Assembly: GCA_003482855.1 (NCBI GenBank)
Contig: DMXO01000004.1
Coordinates: 58,224 to 122,223, forward strand
Direction: 5' to 3'
Origin: Candidatus Magasanikiibacteriota bacterium
GTDB taxonomy: Bacteria; Patescibacteriota; Patescibacteriia; Magasanikbacterales; UBA922
DNA length: 64,000 nt
Shown: piece by piece, positions 19,760-28,380 of the stretch
How the letters are laid out: every line of letters starts with the position of its first letter
Numbering within the stretch: the stretch's first letter is position 1
Translations under genes and position numbers: made by a program
The notes under the pieces: model-generated
What the model saw: the letters and a program-made list of their open reading frames with translations, nothing else
What the model was told of the DNA's origin: nothing
The model's database searches: none

Positions 19760-20485
19760 TTATTTTTTAAGGTACCGTGCCCGTTTTAGAGGATCAAATT
19801 TTTCAATCGCATATCGGAGCATTGTTCTTGGCATAATTTTATAATACTTCTTTAAAAATGTTTCTTCAACTTTTTGATTTCTATTCCCAATTTCCCGCAG
19901 CATCCAGCCAACTGCTTTGTGTATAAGATCGTGCGTGTCGTAGAGTAATACCTCAGAGATGTTGAGTGCATCGTAAAAATCGTTATCGCGGATAAAAGTA
20001 AATGTTGAAATGATTGCAATCCTTTTTTTCCATAGGTCTTTTGACTTGGCAAATGTATAGAGAATTTTTCTGTGGGCAGGTTTATCAAGTAAATATTGGC
20101 CGACGACATGTGGAGCAGAGATATCTACCAAATCCCAGTTGTTTATATTTTTGTAGTTTTTTATATATAGATTAAATATTTGTTTGCGTGCTGTATCATC
20201 TGCCTTGGGGTATTTGTATACCAGTATCAAAACTCCCATTTGTCGGAATTCATGAATAGAACTTTTTAATAATTTTTGTATGGCATCAAAATTTGCATCT
20301 TTATATTTTTTTGCAATTGTACGCATCTGAGAGCTCGTAATACCTATAAATTTGTCTCCCTCGCCATATTCACCCGGTCCGGTCTTAAAAAACCACAGAC
20401 AATTTTTGGCGCGTATAGGATCTGCATGTTTTTTGAGTTCTTTTGTTATTAGTGAGAAAGACATAGTGCTGCTATTTGATAACAT
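19760..20485 (-). CDS. DNA alkylation repair protein (AlkC/AlkD-like HEAT-repeat glycosylase family)
   Basis: N-terminus and overall helical repeat pattern match the 'DNA alkylation repair enzyme' family; 241 aa. Confidence 0.65.
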   Translation of the reverse strand: MLSNSSTMSFSLITKELKKHADPIRAKNCLWFFKTGPGEYGEGDKFIGITSSQMRTIAKKYKDANFDAIQKLLKSSIHEFRQMGVLILVYKYPKADDTARKQIFNLYIKNYKNINNWDLVDISAPHVVGQYLLDKPAHRKILYTFAKSKDLWKKRIAIISTFTFIRDNDFYDALNISEVLLYDTHDLIHKAVGWMLREIGNRNQKVEETFLKKYYKIMPRTMLRYAIEKFDPLKRARYLKK

Positions 20486-21725
20486 TCAATTTAATTTTTC
20501 GTGGTGTCACCTTGAGTAATATCATAGCAATAATCGCGCTACTTATGCCAAGCAATGCAAGTGTTTCAATATGACCTAAATGTTCTGATGCAAAGCCTGC
20601 GAGTATAGGGCCTACTACATATCCAAGATTAGTTGATGAATCTTCGAGAGTCTCTATCTCTTTTTCTATCTGAGGTGCTTCGGAGATGTAGTCAGCATAG
20701 ACACCATTGATAGCTGGCCATGCAAGCGAGACACAGAATGAAGCACAAAAATTGACTAAAATTAAAATGATAGGTTGATTTCTGAATAAGAAAAATAGTG
20801 TCATAAGAAGTGACCCGGTGAGTAGTGATATAAAGGCTGTTCTCTTTTTTCCTAGTTTGTTTGTCATCGTGCCAGCAAGCCATCCCACGAGTAATGGTGG
20901 TAGAGTATAGGCAACCATGAATAAACCGCCAAATTTTCCTAATGTACCGAGACTTTCGGCGATAAGCGGCCCGATAAGCCAAAAGAATCCGTCAATTGTG
21001 TTCAAGACAAAGGTAAGAACAAGGACTGGTAGTATTATATTGCCTACCTTTTTCCATAGTCTGAATTCTTGCGTGAGGCTAATCTTTTTTTCTACATCAT
21101 TTGAAATAAATTCTTTTTTCTTCGACTCCCGCTTGTGTACTATGAGTAATAACAAATAAAAAAGTATTGAAATGAAAAGTAAAATCCACGCCATGATGAA
21201 TGGTTTGTATCCCACGTGCTCTTCTATGAGCATTCCTGCGAGAAGTGGTGACAGCATGTAAGCCAATGATACAAATACGCGTAATACCCCAAATCCGGAT
21301 GAGTGCTCGGCCGACGGAAGATGCCTGCCAACGAAATCAAAATTACTCCAATTGAGTAAGTCATAATAAAGTCCCCAAATGGCCATTGCCAATAGGAATA
21401 GCCAGATGGTGTGTGCATATGTAAGTGTGAGAATATACATCGCACTGAGTATAAGCATGGCTAAATATAATCTTCTAAAATTAACTTTTTTTAGCAGGCG
21501 GCAGAGCATGAAGTCGAAGATCATACCAGCTACAGAAGAAGATCCAATAATAATACCCATGGTGGATTCAGAAAAGCCAAGATCTTCGATCAAGAGAGGC
21601 AAGATGAACATGAGGATACCATCGAACATTGCCCAAAATAAAATCATGAACGAAATGACATACAACATGCGATGTTTTGTCTGGTATGTCTTCATGTGTC
21701 TGACGAGGTGATGAAATGTGGGCAT
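20472..21725 (-). CDS. MFS-family transporter
   Basis: 12 predicted TM helices in 6+6 arrangement with central loop; 417 aa. Confidence 0.7.
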   Translation of the reverse strand: MPTFHHLVRHMKTYQTKHRMLYVISFMILFWAMFDGILMFILPLLIEDLGFSESTMGIIIGSSSVAGMIFDFMLCRLLKKVNFRRLYLAMLILSAMYILTLTYAHTIWLFLLAMAIWGLYYDLLNWSNFDFVGRHLPSAEHSSGFGVLRVFVSLAYMLSPLLAGMLIEEHVGYKPFIMAWILLFISILFYLLLLIVHKRESKKKEFISNDVEKKISLTQEFRLWKKVGNIILPVLVLTFVLNTIDGFFWLIGPLIAESLGTLGKFGGLFMVAYTLPPLLVGWLAGTMTNKLGKKRTAFISLLTGSLLMTLFFLFRNQPIILILVNFCASFCVSLAWPAINGVYADYISEAPQIEKEIETLEDSSTNLGYVVGPILAGFASEHLGHIETLALLGISSAIIAMILLKVTPRKIKLNVIK

Positions 21726-21754
21726 ATTAATTCAATTTTGTAAAAAATATAAAT

Positions 21755-21845
21755 TGGCGGAGAAGGCGGGGTTCGAACCCGCGGTACGGTTTCCCGCACA
21801 CCACTTTTCGAGAGTGGCACCTTAAACCAGCTCAGACACTTCTCC
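21755..21845 (-). tRNA. tRNA-Ser (anticodon CGA), CCA encoded
   Basis: rc reads GGAGAAG..D arm..CCACT-CTCGAAA-AGTGG anticodon stem-loop (CGA), long variable arm, T arm GGTTCGAACCC, 3' CCA; 91 nt. Confidence 0.85.
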
Positions 21846-21865
21846 ATGTTAGTATATACTAGTAT

Positions 21866-21897
21866 ACATTACTTGTAGAATCAAGGGTAATAAAAAA
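21866..21897 (-). terminator. Rho-independent terminator downstream of the 169-aa gene (ACAGC-loop-GCTGT then T7 on the - strand)
   Basis: Read directly; also A-run/T-run symmetric (bidirectional). Confidence 0.55.
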
Positions 21898-21916
21898 ACA
21901 GCTTGAGGGCTGTTTC

Positions 21917-22423
21917 TTATTTTTGAATGTAGTTGAGAATTATTTTTTTTCTTGGATCTTCCATTTTTTCCAATACTTTTTGTATAATATCTTCTCTGAA
22001 TTTTTCTTTGGTTTGTTTGGGGTTTTTGTTTTTCGTATAAATAAATTCTACATTGAATATCAAATCTAGTTCTTCTTCTATCTTTTTTTGTGTTTTAGCT
22101 TTTTGAAGCAAAAATTCTATAAAGCAGTTTTTGTATTGTTCTAGTGTTTTACAATTTAAGAAATTTTGTGGACCAAAAAGTACTTTGTCTTCATTGCTTG
22201 CTTTGTAGAGTCCAGCAGAAAAATTGTTTTTCTTTCGTTCATCTTTTACCAGATTATAAAGAGGACAGTTTGGACAATCATTGTTACATTTTCTCACATC
22301 ATCTGTGTCAAATATAAATCTAAATCCGCGCCAATCGTCTATAATAATATTAATAAAATTGTTATATTCTTTTGAAAATTTATTGAATTTATTTTGTGCA
22401 ATCGTAAGGATTTTTTTGTTCAT
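21917..22423 (-). CDS. Hypothetical AT-rich 169-aa protein with CNNDCPNCP cysteine motif, directly downstream of the rSAM-SPASM gene
   Basis: ATG at 22423 (MNKKILTIAQ...); the ORF-track extension into the GC-rich region is spurious read-through of the open frame. Confidence 0.55.
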   Translation of the reverse strand: MNKKILTIAQNKFNKFSKEYNNFINIIIDDWRGFRFIFDTDDVRKCNNDCPNCPLYNLVKDERKKNNFSAGLYKASNEDKVLFGPQNFLNCKTLEQYKNCFIEFLLQKAKTQKKIEEELDLIFNVEFIYTKNKNPKQTKEKFREDIIQKVLEKMEDPRKKIILNYIQK

Positions 22424-22440
22424 ATATTTATGGTTGGAAT

Positions 22441-22475
22441 GGTAGTCGGGTACGCGAGGTGCGTACCCGACTACC
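22441..22475. terminator. Perfect 15-bp stem hairpin GGTAGTCGGGTACGC-gaggt-GCGTACCCGACTACC just 3' of the rSAM gene
   Basis: Read directly; no strong U-run follows, so possibly an attenuating or processing hairpin rather than a full terminator. Confidence 0.5.
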
Positions 22476-22478
22476 TGC

Positions 22479-23576
22479 TTAATCCTCCTTGAGGTGGGGT
22501 AGCGGGCACAGGGTGTATCCGCCACAGGGGTCACCCATACCCTCGACCGTCGCGCGGCAACCACCGCGGCACTTGTCCCAGCGGTCGCACGAGCCACATG
22601 GCTCGCCGACGGTCTCCTGGGTCAGGGCGAGGCGCGAGCAGATCAGGTCGGACTCGTACGCCGCCCGGATGGGGTCTGGGTCGTCGACGTGACCGAGCGG
22701 GACCGTGGAGTTCGAGCACGCACGGATGCTTCCGTCGACTGCGAAGTATAGCCCCTTGTCGTAGAAGGGACATGAGCCGAACAGGTGGGGCATGAGTACT
22801 GCGGCTCGTGGGTTTTTGAATTCCGGCCAGAGGCCGTCGTCCATGGCCGAGGCGGAGGACTGCATGTAGTCGCGTCCCTGGTGCTCGAGCGTGCGGATCA
22901 AATCCGCAAGCTCCTCGGGCGTCGGCGCGACCTCGAAGTACTCCGGTCCGACCGGCTCGCCCGAGCCCATGAGCTCGAGATCCACACCGATTCCCCTCAT
23001 CCTGCAGAACCGGATGTAGTCGGGCACGAGCGCGATGTTGTCTTTGCGGATCAGATTCTGGAGCCGGAACAGCGGATCGCGATATCCGACCCCGCAGAAC
23101 ACGTCGATCGCCGTGCGCATCTTGCGCGCCATGTCGACGGTCGATCCAATCATCTGTACCTGGAGGCGTATTTGGTCGGGGTCGTTCGAGTCGGCGATGT
23201 TCCACTTGCCGGTGATGTGCACGCGGCGCTCGTAGAGCCAGGCGGCGAGTTCGGGCGTGATCGAGATCATGTTGGTGAACACCCACGGTTTGATGCCACG
23301 GGAGATGAGGATCTCGATGTATTCCTTGAGGTGGGGCCACAGGAGTGGCTCTCCGCCGAGGATGTCCATGGTCTCGAGCTCAGCGCCACGGTATTCGCGA
23401 CAGAGGTCGAGAATCCGAACCGCCTGGTTGAGTGTCATTGATCCGTTGCCCAGCTTGTCACGGCGCACCATATAGCAACCAGGGCATCGGAGTTGACAGC
23501 GCGAGGTCACTTCGATGATGCCGTAGCGTAGGCCGGCCCCGGTCTTCTCTTCGTAGCGCTTGCTGATGTCAGTCAT
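22479..23576 (-). CDS. Radical SAM enzyme with C-terminal SPASM/twitch domain (peptide/protein-modifying rSAM maturase-like), GC-rich
   Basis: CxxxCxxC (CQLRCPGC) near N-terminus; C-terminal CGSCDRWDKCRGGC Cys cluster; start at MTDISKRYEE (ATG 23576) overlapping the stop of the upstream 119-aa gene. Confidence 0.8.
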   Translation of the reverse strand: MTDISKRYEEKTGAGLRYGIIEVTSRCQLRCPGCYMVRRDKLGNGSMTLNQAVRILDLCREYRGAELETMDILGGEPLLWPHLKEYIEILISRGIKPWVFTNMISITPELAAWLYERRVHITGKWNIADSNDPDQIRLQVQMIGSTVDMARKMRTAIDVFCGVGYRDPLFRLQNLIRKDNIALVPDYIRFCRMRGIGVDLELMGSGEPVGPEYFEVAPTPEELADLIRTLEHQGRDYMQSSASAMDDGLWPEFKNPRAAVLMPHLFGSCPFYDKGLYFAVDGSIRACSNSTVPLGHVDDPDPIRAAYESDLICSRLALTQETVGEPCGSCDRWDKCRGGCRATVEGMGDPCGGYTLCPLPHLKED

Positions 23577-23928
23577 GTCGTTCTCCTTGGTTTTGGCACC
23601 ATGCTTCCATTTCGTGCATGATGCGATTCCATTCCTCTTCGTTTCCTGAGCGGTGGATGTACTGGTAGTTGGGAGTATCTTCGACAATTTCTATTTTTTT
23701 CCGTATGTTCTCCCTTCTTTCTCGAGGTCGTTTGTCGTCCACAGAAGGCCAACATCGGTTGAACCATGTAGCGAATACCACTTCGCCGTCCTGTTTGAGG
23801 ACAACGATGTCGTCGCCGTGTCCATAAAAGAGTACATTGACCTCAGTGGTCGGATCCTCTTTGATCAGACTAGCTACGGTTTGCCATGTCTTATTCAAGC
23901 TTGGCAGATCCCAGATGCTTTTCTTCAT
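23569..23928 (-). CDS. Hypothetical 119-aa protein, translationally coupled to the rSAM-SPASM gene
   Basis: SD AAGAGG 6 nt upstream of ATG 23928 (MKKSIWDL...); stop overlaps rSAM start (ATGACTGA); intermediate GC. Confidence 0.55.
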   Translation of the reverse strand: MKKSIWDLPSLNKTWQTVASLIKEDPTTEVNVLFYGHGDDIVVLKQDGEVVFATWFNRCWPSVDDKRPRERRENIRKKIEIVEDTPNYQYIHRSGNEEEWNRIMHEMEAWCQNQGERHD

Positions 23929-23958
23929 GTCGTACCTCTTGGGTTGTGAAATGAACAA

Positions 23959-24240
23959 GAATGGCCGCAGCTTTCTAAGCTATTGCCGTGCGGCACTTGT
24001 AGGTTCTGCCCCTGCAACTCGTTGGTTCACTACCACGTGTGATATCTTTTCACCAAAGTACCTTTTGTAAATAAAAAATCGCCTTTCAGCGATTGGACGA
24101 CCTCAAAGTAAACTAACCCATTGGCTGTTTACCCGAGGCCTTTTGTGTGATGTAAATTATTTAAAAATATATAGTTCATAGTGTTATAATGTATTAACAC
24201 ATTAATACATATTTTATCTTATGTCAAATAAAGACTGTGG
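23959..24240 (-). promoter_or_regulatory. Promoter (TTGACA ... TAATGT) plus ~290-nt structured leader with intrinsic terminator (ATCGC-tgaaag-GCGAT-TTTTTT); candidate attenuator/riboswitch
   Basis: Read on - strand: -35/-10 near 24215-24185, leader hairpin CCUCGGGUAAAC/GUUUACUUUGAGG, then terminator hairpin + U6 at about 24075-24098, then 140 nt to the ATG. Confidence 0.4.
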
Positions 24241-24245
24241 ATAAA

Positions 24246-24262
24246 AAAGCGGCCATGTTGGC
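24246..24262 (-). terminator. Rho-independent terminator CGGCCA-tgt-TGGCCG + U-run after the TrpR-like gene
   Basis: Perfect 6-bp GC stem followed by TTTTTTAT on the - strand. Confidence 0.6.
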
Positions 24263-24268
24263 CGTAAT

Positions 24269-24550
24269 TTATTTCTCGGAATCTAATGCTTTGGGATATC
24301 CTCCTTCTCCATGATGTAACCAATGTGCGATACGTGTCACTGTCGTGGTGCTCAGTCCTGTTTTTTGTGCAATATCTCTGTAAGGCACGCCTTTGTGTAT
24401 CAGGTGTACTGCTTCCCAGCGTCGAGACATTTCTTCCAATTCTTCGAGCGTACATAGATCGCGCAAAAAATTAAGGATGTCTTCTTCTTTTTTCAACGAA
24501 AGAAAAGCCCGCGAAAGTTTTTTAAGTTGTGGTGTTTTCCAGGTTTTCAT
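24269..24550 (-). CDS. TrpR-like YerC/YecD-family small DNA-binding protein
   Basis: 93 aa; motif ...PYRDIAQKTGLSTTTVTRIAHWL... typical of YerC/YecD Trp-repressor-like family. Confidence 0.7.
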   Translation of the reverse strand: MKTWKTPQLKKLSRAFLSLKKEEDILNFLRDLCTLEELEEMSRRWEAVHLIHKGVPYRDIAQKTGLSTTTVTRIAHWLHHGEGGYPKALDSEK

Positions 24551-25871
24551 AGGGTGAAATTAAAAGTAATCCAATAATTCCCCAAAATAAAATTGCTAGG
24601 TCATTTTTCATGTATGGTGTGTCGACAAGACCCATGACTACTATAATTAGTATGCTGCTTATAAGAAAATAATTCAATGTTGGAATTTTTTTATGTTGTT
24701 TGAATATCACATATTGGATACCAGATATTGAAACCAGAATCCAGACAAAACCAAATAATCCAATTACACCAATATTTACCCAGAGTGAAATAAAAAGATT
24801 ATGCTGGAGATGAAATATTTCAATATTTTCTCCATTCACTTGCGTGTGGTAAGGAACTATACGATCCACATACGACTGTAGTCCTGCACCGAGTATAGGT
24901 CTATCAGATAATAAGGCAAGCGCTTCACCCCACATAGCAATACGGATTTGGCCAGAACGATCTTGGGCAAGAACTTCTTGTTTTATAGGGTTTGATCCTG
25001 GAAGACTTACCAGACTTACAAAGCCCACAAGGCCTATTATCAGAGTTGGCCAGCGGGTTTTTTTGTATACGAGTAAAAGGATCCCGATTCCTGCGGCAAG
25101 ACCTATGAGGCCGCCGGTGGATTTGGCGTAAAGAATTGCAAATATAAAGGAAAAAGTAGAAAGTAGAAAGAATAGAGTGTATGTATATTTTTTTACTTTA
25201 TACTTTATACTTTCTACTCCTTTTATTTTATAAAAAAACTGTACTGCAAAATATAGCGTGAACGGCACAAGTGGTGTCACAAACAACGCGACCGCATTTG
25301 GATATCCATACCATCCTGTTACACGAAATGTATTTCTATTTTGCCAAAAAGCATAGGGGACCATCCATCCGGTGGAATGTTGGTAAATGGCTAAAATGCT
25401 TGTAGCAAGTCCGCAGAGAATTAATGCGAATAGAATATTATTAACATTGAGACATTGAGATATTGAGATATTTTTATTTAATTTATTTTTGGCCGTTGTA
25501 ATAAGTATAAGAAATAACAAAAACGGTTCTACATAAAACGCTTTCCATTCACCGGCTGCTTCTTTTATATGTAGGGAAGAGAATACGGCGATTGTAGCCC
25601 CGAGCAAAAATACCGTGGATGCAATAAAAAGTGATTTATGACGCAAGAATAAAGATTTGAGATTAAAGATTATAGAACGATTATATTTTATTATCCATAT
25701 AATACTTAAAATCCAAATCATTATTTCTAAGAGTGTTGTTGGTAATGGTCCAATATTAAATCGTATGAGATATGTTGGTAAGAAGAGAAATAATAAAAAT
25801 AGACCATAGTGAAAGCGGTACCATGTGGTGAAGGTAAATAAGAGACAATATATGAGGATGAATATGTTCAT
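24522..25871 (-). CDS. O-antigen ligase/polymerase-like (Wzy/WaaL family) polytopic membrane protein
   Basis: 449 aa, >10 TM helices with large periplasmic loop pattern typical of Wzy_C family. Confidence 0.55.
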   Translation of the reverse strand: MNIFILIYCLLFTFTTWYRFHYGLFLLFLFLPTYLIRFNIGPLPTTLLEIMIWILSIIWIIKYNRSIIFNLKSLFLRHKSLFIASTVFLLGATIAVFSSLHIKEAAGEWKAFYVEPFLLFLILITTAKNKLNKNISISQCLNVNNILFALILCGLATSILAIYQHSTGWMVPYAFWQNRNTFRVTGWYGYPNAVALFVTPLVPFTLYFAVQFFYKIKGVESIKYKVKKYTYTLFFLLSTFSFIFAILYAKSTGGLIGLAAGIGILLLVYKKTRWPTLIIGLVGFVSLVSLPGSNPIKQEVLAQDRSGQIRIAMWGEALALLSDRPILGAGLQSYVDRIVPYHTQVNGENIEIFHLQHNLFISLWVNIGVIGLFGFVWILVSISGIQYVIFKQHKKIPTLNYFLISSILIIVVMGLVDTPYMKNDLAILFWGIIGLLLISPYENLENTTT

Positions 25872-25877
25872 ATATAT

Positions 25878-26768
25878 TTATGTCGCATACTTGGTAAGTG
25901 CTGGGTTAACTGATTTTCTTTTGATAGAAAAATATACCCCAATCATCATAACAATAATCCCTATCCATTGATATATGGAGATTGTTTCTTCACCAATAAA
26001 GAGAATTATAACCAAGCTAAATAGCGGGAAAGTCATGAGCAATGATATTGATTTTGAAATGTCTAGGTACTTGAATCCTTCATACCAAACGATTTTTGTT
26101 GCACCCATGAAGATAAGGCCAAATAATATTATATGTCCAAAATTGTTGTATATAGATGATATATGAAAAGGTTCTATACATAAACTAAGGATACACAAGA
26201 ATAATCCTGCAAGTAAAAAGCGTATAAATAACACTGCGCCCGGAGCTATGTAGTTGAACGCCTTTTTTACATAAAAATTTCCGACAGGATATGTAATAGT
26301 GCTGAGTATAATTAATATATCGCCGTTATTTATTTTTACACCGTCATTGAATAATAGGAATGCTGCCCCAATCAATATCCCAATAACACCTATTACCTTA
26401 TATAGATCATTTTTTTCACCAAAAAATGGAGTAAATAAGAGTGTAAAAATTAGTTCAGAAAGAAGAAGAAATGATGTGTTTGTCCCAGATGTTTCACGGG
26501 TACCTATAAATAGGAGGAGCATGGGTAATACAGAGACACATAGAGCGACCATGGCCATAGGAAACCACCCACGTTTGTCTCTGAGAGTGTGCAGCGTACG
26601 AGTGACTGCCGCATATATGAAAGCTACCGATGACCCTAACAATATGGTTAGCCCTGCAAATAGTATAGGAGGTATTGTAGCACCGTTTTTGTTGAGAATG
26701 ACGGGGAAAGCACCATCCAATGCTGCGTAGGTGAGTGCGAGGGTGACGCCAATATTTTCTTTTTTCAT
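25878..26768 (-). CDS. EamA/DMT-family transporter
   Basis: 296 aa, 10 TM helices in 5+5 duplication. Confidence 0.6.
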   Translation of the reverse strand: MKKENIGVTLALTYAALDGAFPVILNKNGATIPPILFAGLTILLGSSVAFIYAAVTRTLHTLRDKRGWFPMAMVALCVSVLPMLLLFIGTRETSGTNTSFLLLSELIFTLLFTPFFGEKNDLYKVIGVIGILIGAAFLLFNDGVKINNGDILIILSTITYPVGNFYVKKAFNYIAPGAVLFIRFLLAGLFLCILSLCIEPFHISSIYNNFGHIILFGLIFMGATKIVWYEGFKYLDISKSISLLMTFPLFSLVIILFIGEETISIYQWIGIIVMMIGVYFSIKRKSVNPALTKYAT

Positions 26769-26774
26769 AATGTG

Positions 26775-28220
26775 TTACTGACGTATGGAAATAATTTCCC
26801 TGATTGTTTTTCGGGAAATGGCCTGTGTTCCAATGATAGCAAGGCTATAAGATATCATACCTACAATGATAAGCAGGATTATATGTATATGTTGAAAAAG
26901 AAATAAAATTGACCCCATACATATTCCAGAAAGTATAATTTTTCCAAATGTTTTTATTTCTAATTTAATTTTTATATAATGGCGGATGACAAAGAACAAA
27001 AGAATGCCCGCATATAATTCTGAAAATACGGTCATCCACGCCGCGCCATACATTCCAAATTTTGGAATGAAGATGAGGTATCCTATGAGCGTGATAATGG
27101 CATCTGAGATATAAATCCACATAGTTTGTTTTTGTTTGTCTATGGCTACGGCGACATGACCGAATATACCTCCAACAAATACACCAAATACTGCAAGCGC
27201 AAGTATTTGTAATGGCTTTCCAGAAGTCGCAAATTCTTCACCAGCTATGAGTATCATAATTTTTTGGGCGAGCATGATCGTACCTACCATCATGGGGATA
27301 GCGAGTAACATCATGGCATCAAATGACATCTGATATCTGTGTCTAAATTCATCTTGCATGTGTCGTGACCATGCATATGCAAGCAATGGGAGCATGACGC
27401 CCATGATCATCATTGCAGTTTGAGCAAGTATATCTATAACACGGTATGCAGCCCCGTACATGCCGACCTCTGTCTGGGTTGTGAATAATGTCAAAAGTAA
27501 CGTGTCTCCTTTTAGGTAGACGACATTAAAAATAATGGAGACAGTAATTGGCCACATTTTTGTCATTATTTTTTTCCAAATATCCCAATCAAAGCCAAGT
27601 TTAACCGGAGATTCTCTGTGTGCTCTGAGTATAAGCACGAGCATGTATGACACACTTGCGAGTGTGACAATCCCCATGATAGGCAAAAATGTTTCTCCAT
27701 TTTTTATGAGTAACCACAATCCAACAACAAGTACGATACGCCCCACGACTTCACCTATTGCTTGTATATGCATTTTGAGTTTATGTTGATAAAAACCAAC
27801 AAGCACCTGATTCATCGCAATTGCTATAAAAGAGATACTGGTAAATGTAATGGCAATTTTTACTTCTGGCGGGTAAGGGAATAAGAGCGCTGTGAATGGC
27901 ATGATGCCAAGGAATACAACTGCGGTAGCAAATCGAAATCCGAGTAAATTTTTGAAGAGCTTCTGTTCTTCTATTTGATTTTCACCGAGCATAGAGGCAG
28001 TCACTGGCGTGAGACCGAAGTCTACGAGAATGCCGATAAATTGTAGAAATGTAATGGTCGTAATGTACCATCCAAATTGTTCCTGGCCTAGATAACGAGT
28101 CATCATACCAATAGCAACCAAACCAAAAAAAGTAGAAATAATTTTTCCTACAATTTGGTACGCAGTATTGTGGGCTATTTTTCGTGTGAGACTCACAAAA
28201 GCATTTAAGCACAAAAGCAT
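26775..28220 (-). CDS. MOP-superfamily polysaccharide/lipid II flippase (Wzx/MurJ-like)
   Basis: 481 aa, 12-14 TM helices, polysaccharide biosynthesis protein architecture. Confidence 0.6.
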   Translation of the reverse strand: MLLCLNAFVSLTRKIAHNTAYQIVGKIISTFFGLVAIGMMTRYLGQEQFGWYITTITFLQFIGILVDFGLTPVTASMLGENQIEEQKLFKNLLGFRFATAVVFLGIMPFTALLFPYPPEVKIAITFTSISFIAIAMNQVLVGFYQHKLKMHIQAIGEVVGRIVLVVGLWLLIKNGETFLPIMGIVTLASVSYMLVLILRAHRESPVKLGFDWDIWKKIMTKMWPITVSIIFNVVYLKGDTLLLTLFTTQTEVGMYGAAYRVIDILAQTAMMIMGVMLPLLAYAWSRHMQDEFRHRYQMSFDAMMLLAIPMMVGTIMLAQKIMILIAGEEFATSGKPLQILALAVFGVFVGGIFGHVAVAIDKQKQTMWIYISDAIITLIGYLIFIPKFGMYGAAWMTVFSELYAGILLFFVIRHYIKIKLEIKTFGKIILSGICMGSILFLFQHIHIILLIIVGMISYSLAIIGTQAISRKTIREIISIRQ

Positions 28221-28380
28221 TTAAGCATCCCTGTCTATGTTTGTTGGTGCCCAAATGCTGTAGTGCTTGCGTGCTACAGAGTAGTGATACTGTAGCATTT
28301 TTTGCTAAAATAAGCAATCCATTTTGAGATTGGAAGATGTATGTATTTGTGGTATACTTATCATATATTATTTTACCATT

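Noticed and set aside
21755-21845. tRNA-Ser as attachment site of a classical integrative island
   Set aside because: The GC-rich cassette lies on the 5' side of the tRNA and no integrase or duplicated tRNA 3' fragment is visible, so only loose adjacency is noted rather than an att-site claim.
21917-22597. ORF-track 226-aa protein fusing GC-rich N-terminus to the AT-rich 169-aa protein
   Set aside because: The first 58 residues derive from read-through of the hairpin/GC region (Ala/Arg/Val-rich). A proper ATG (22423) begins the AT-rich gene.
22531-23441. 269-aa - strand and 218-aa + strand ORFs overlapping the rSAM-SPASM gene
   Set aside because: Same GC artefact. Translations are Arg/Pro/Gly-rich nonsense, while the chosen frame has canonical rSAM and SPASM cysteine motifs.
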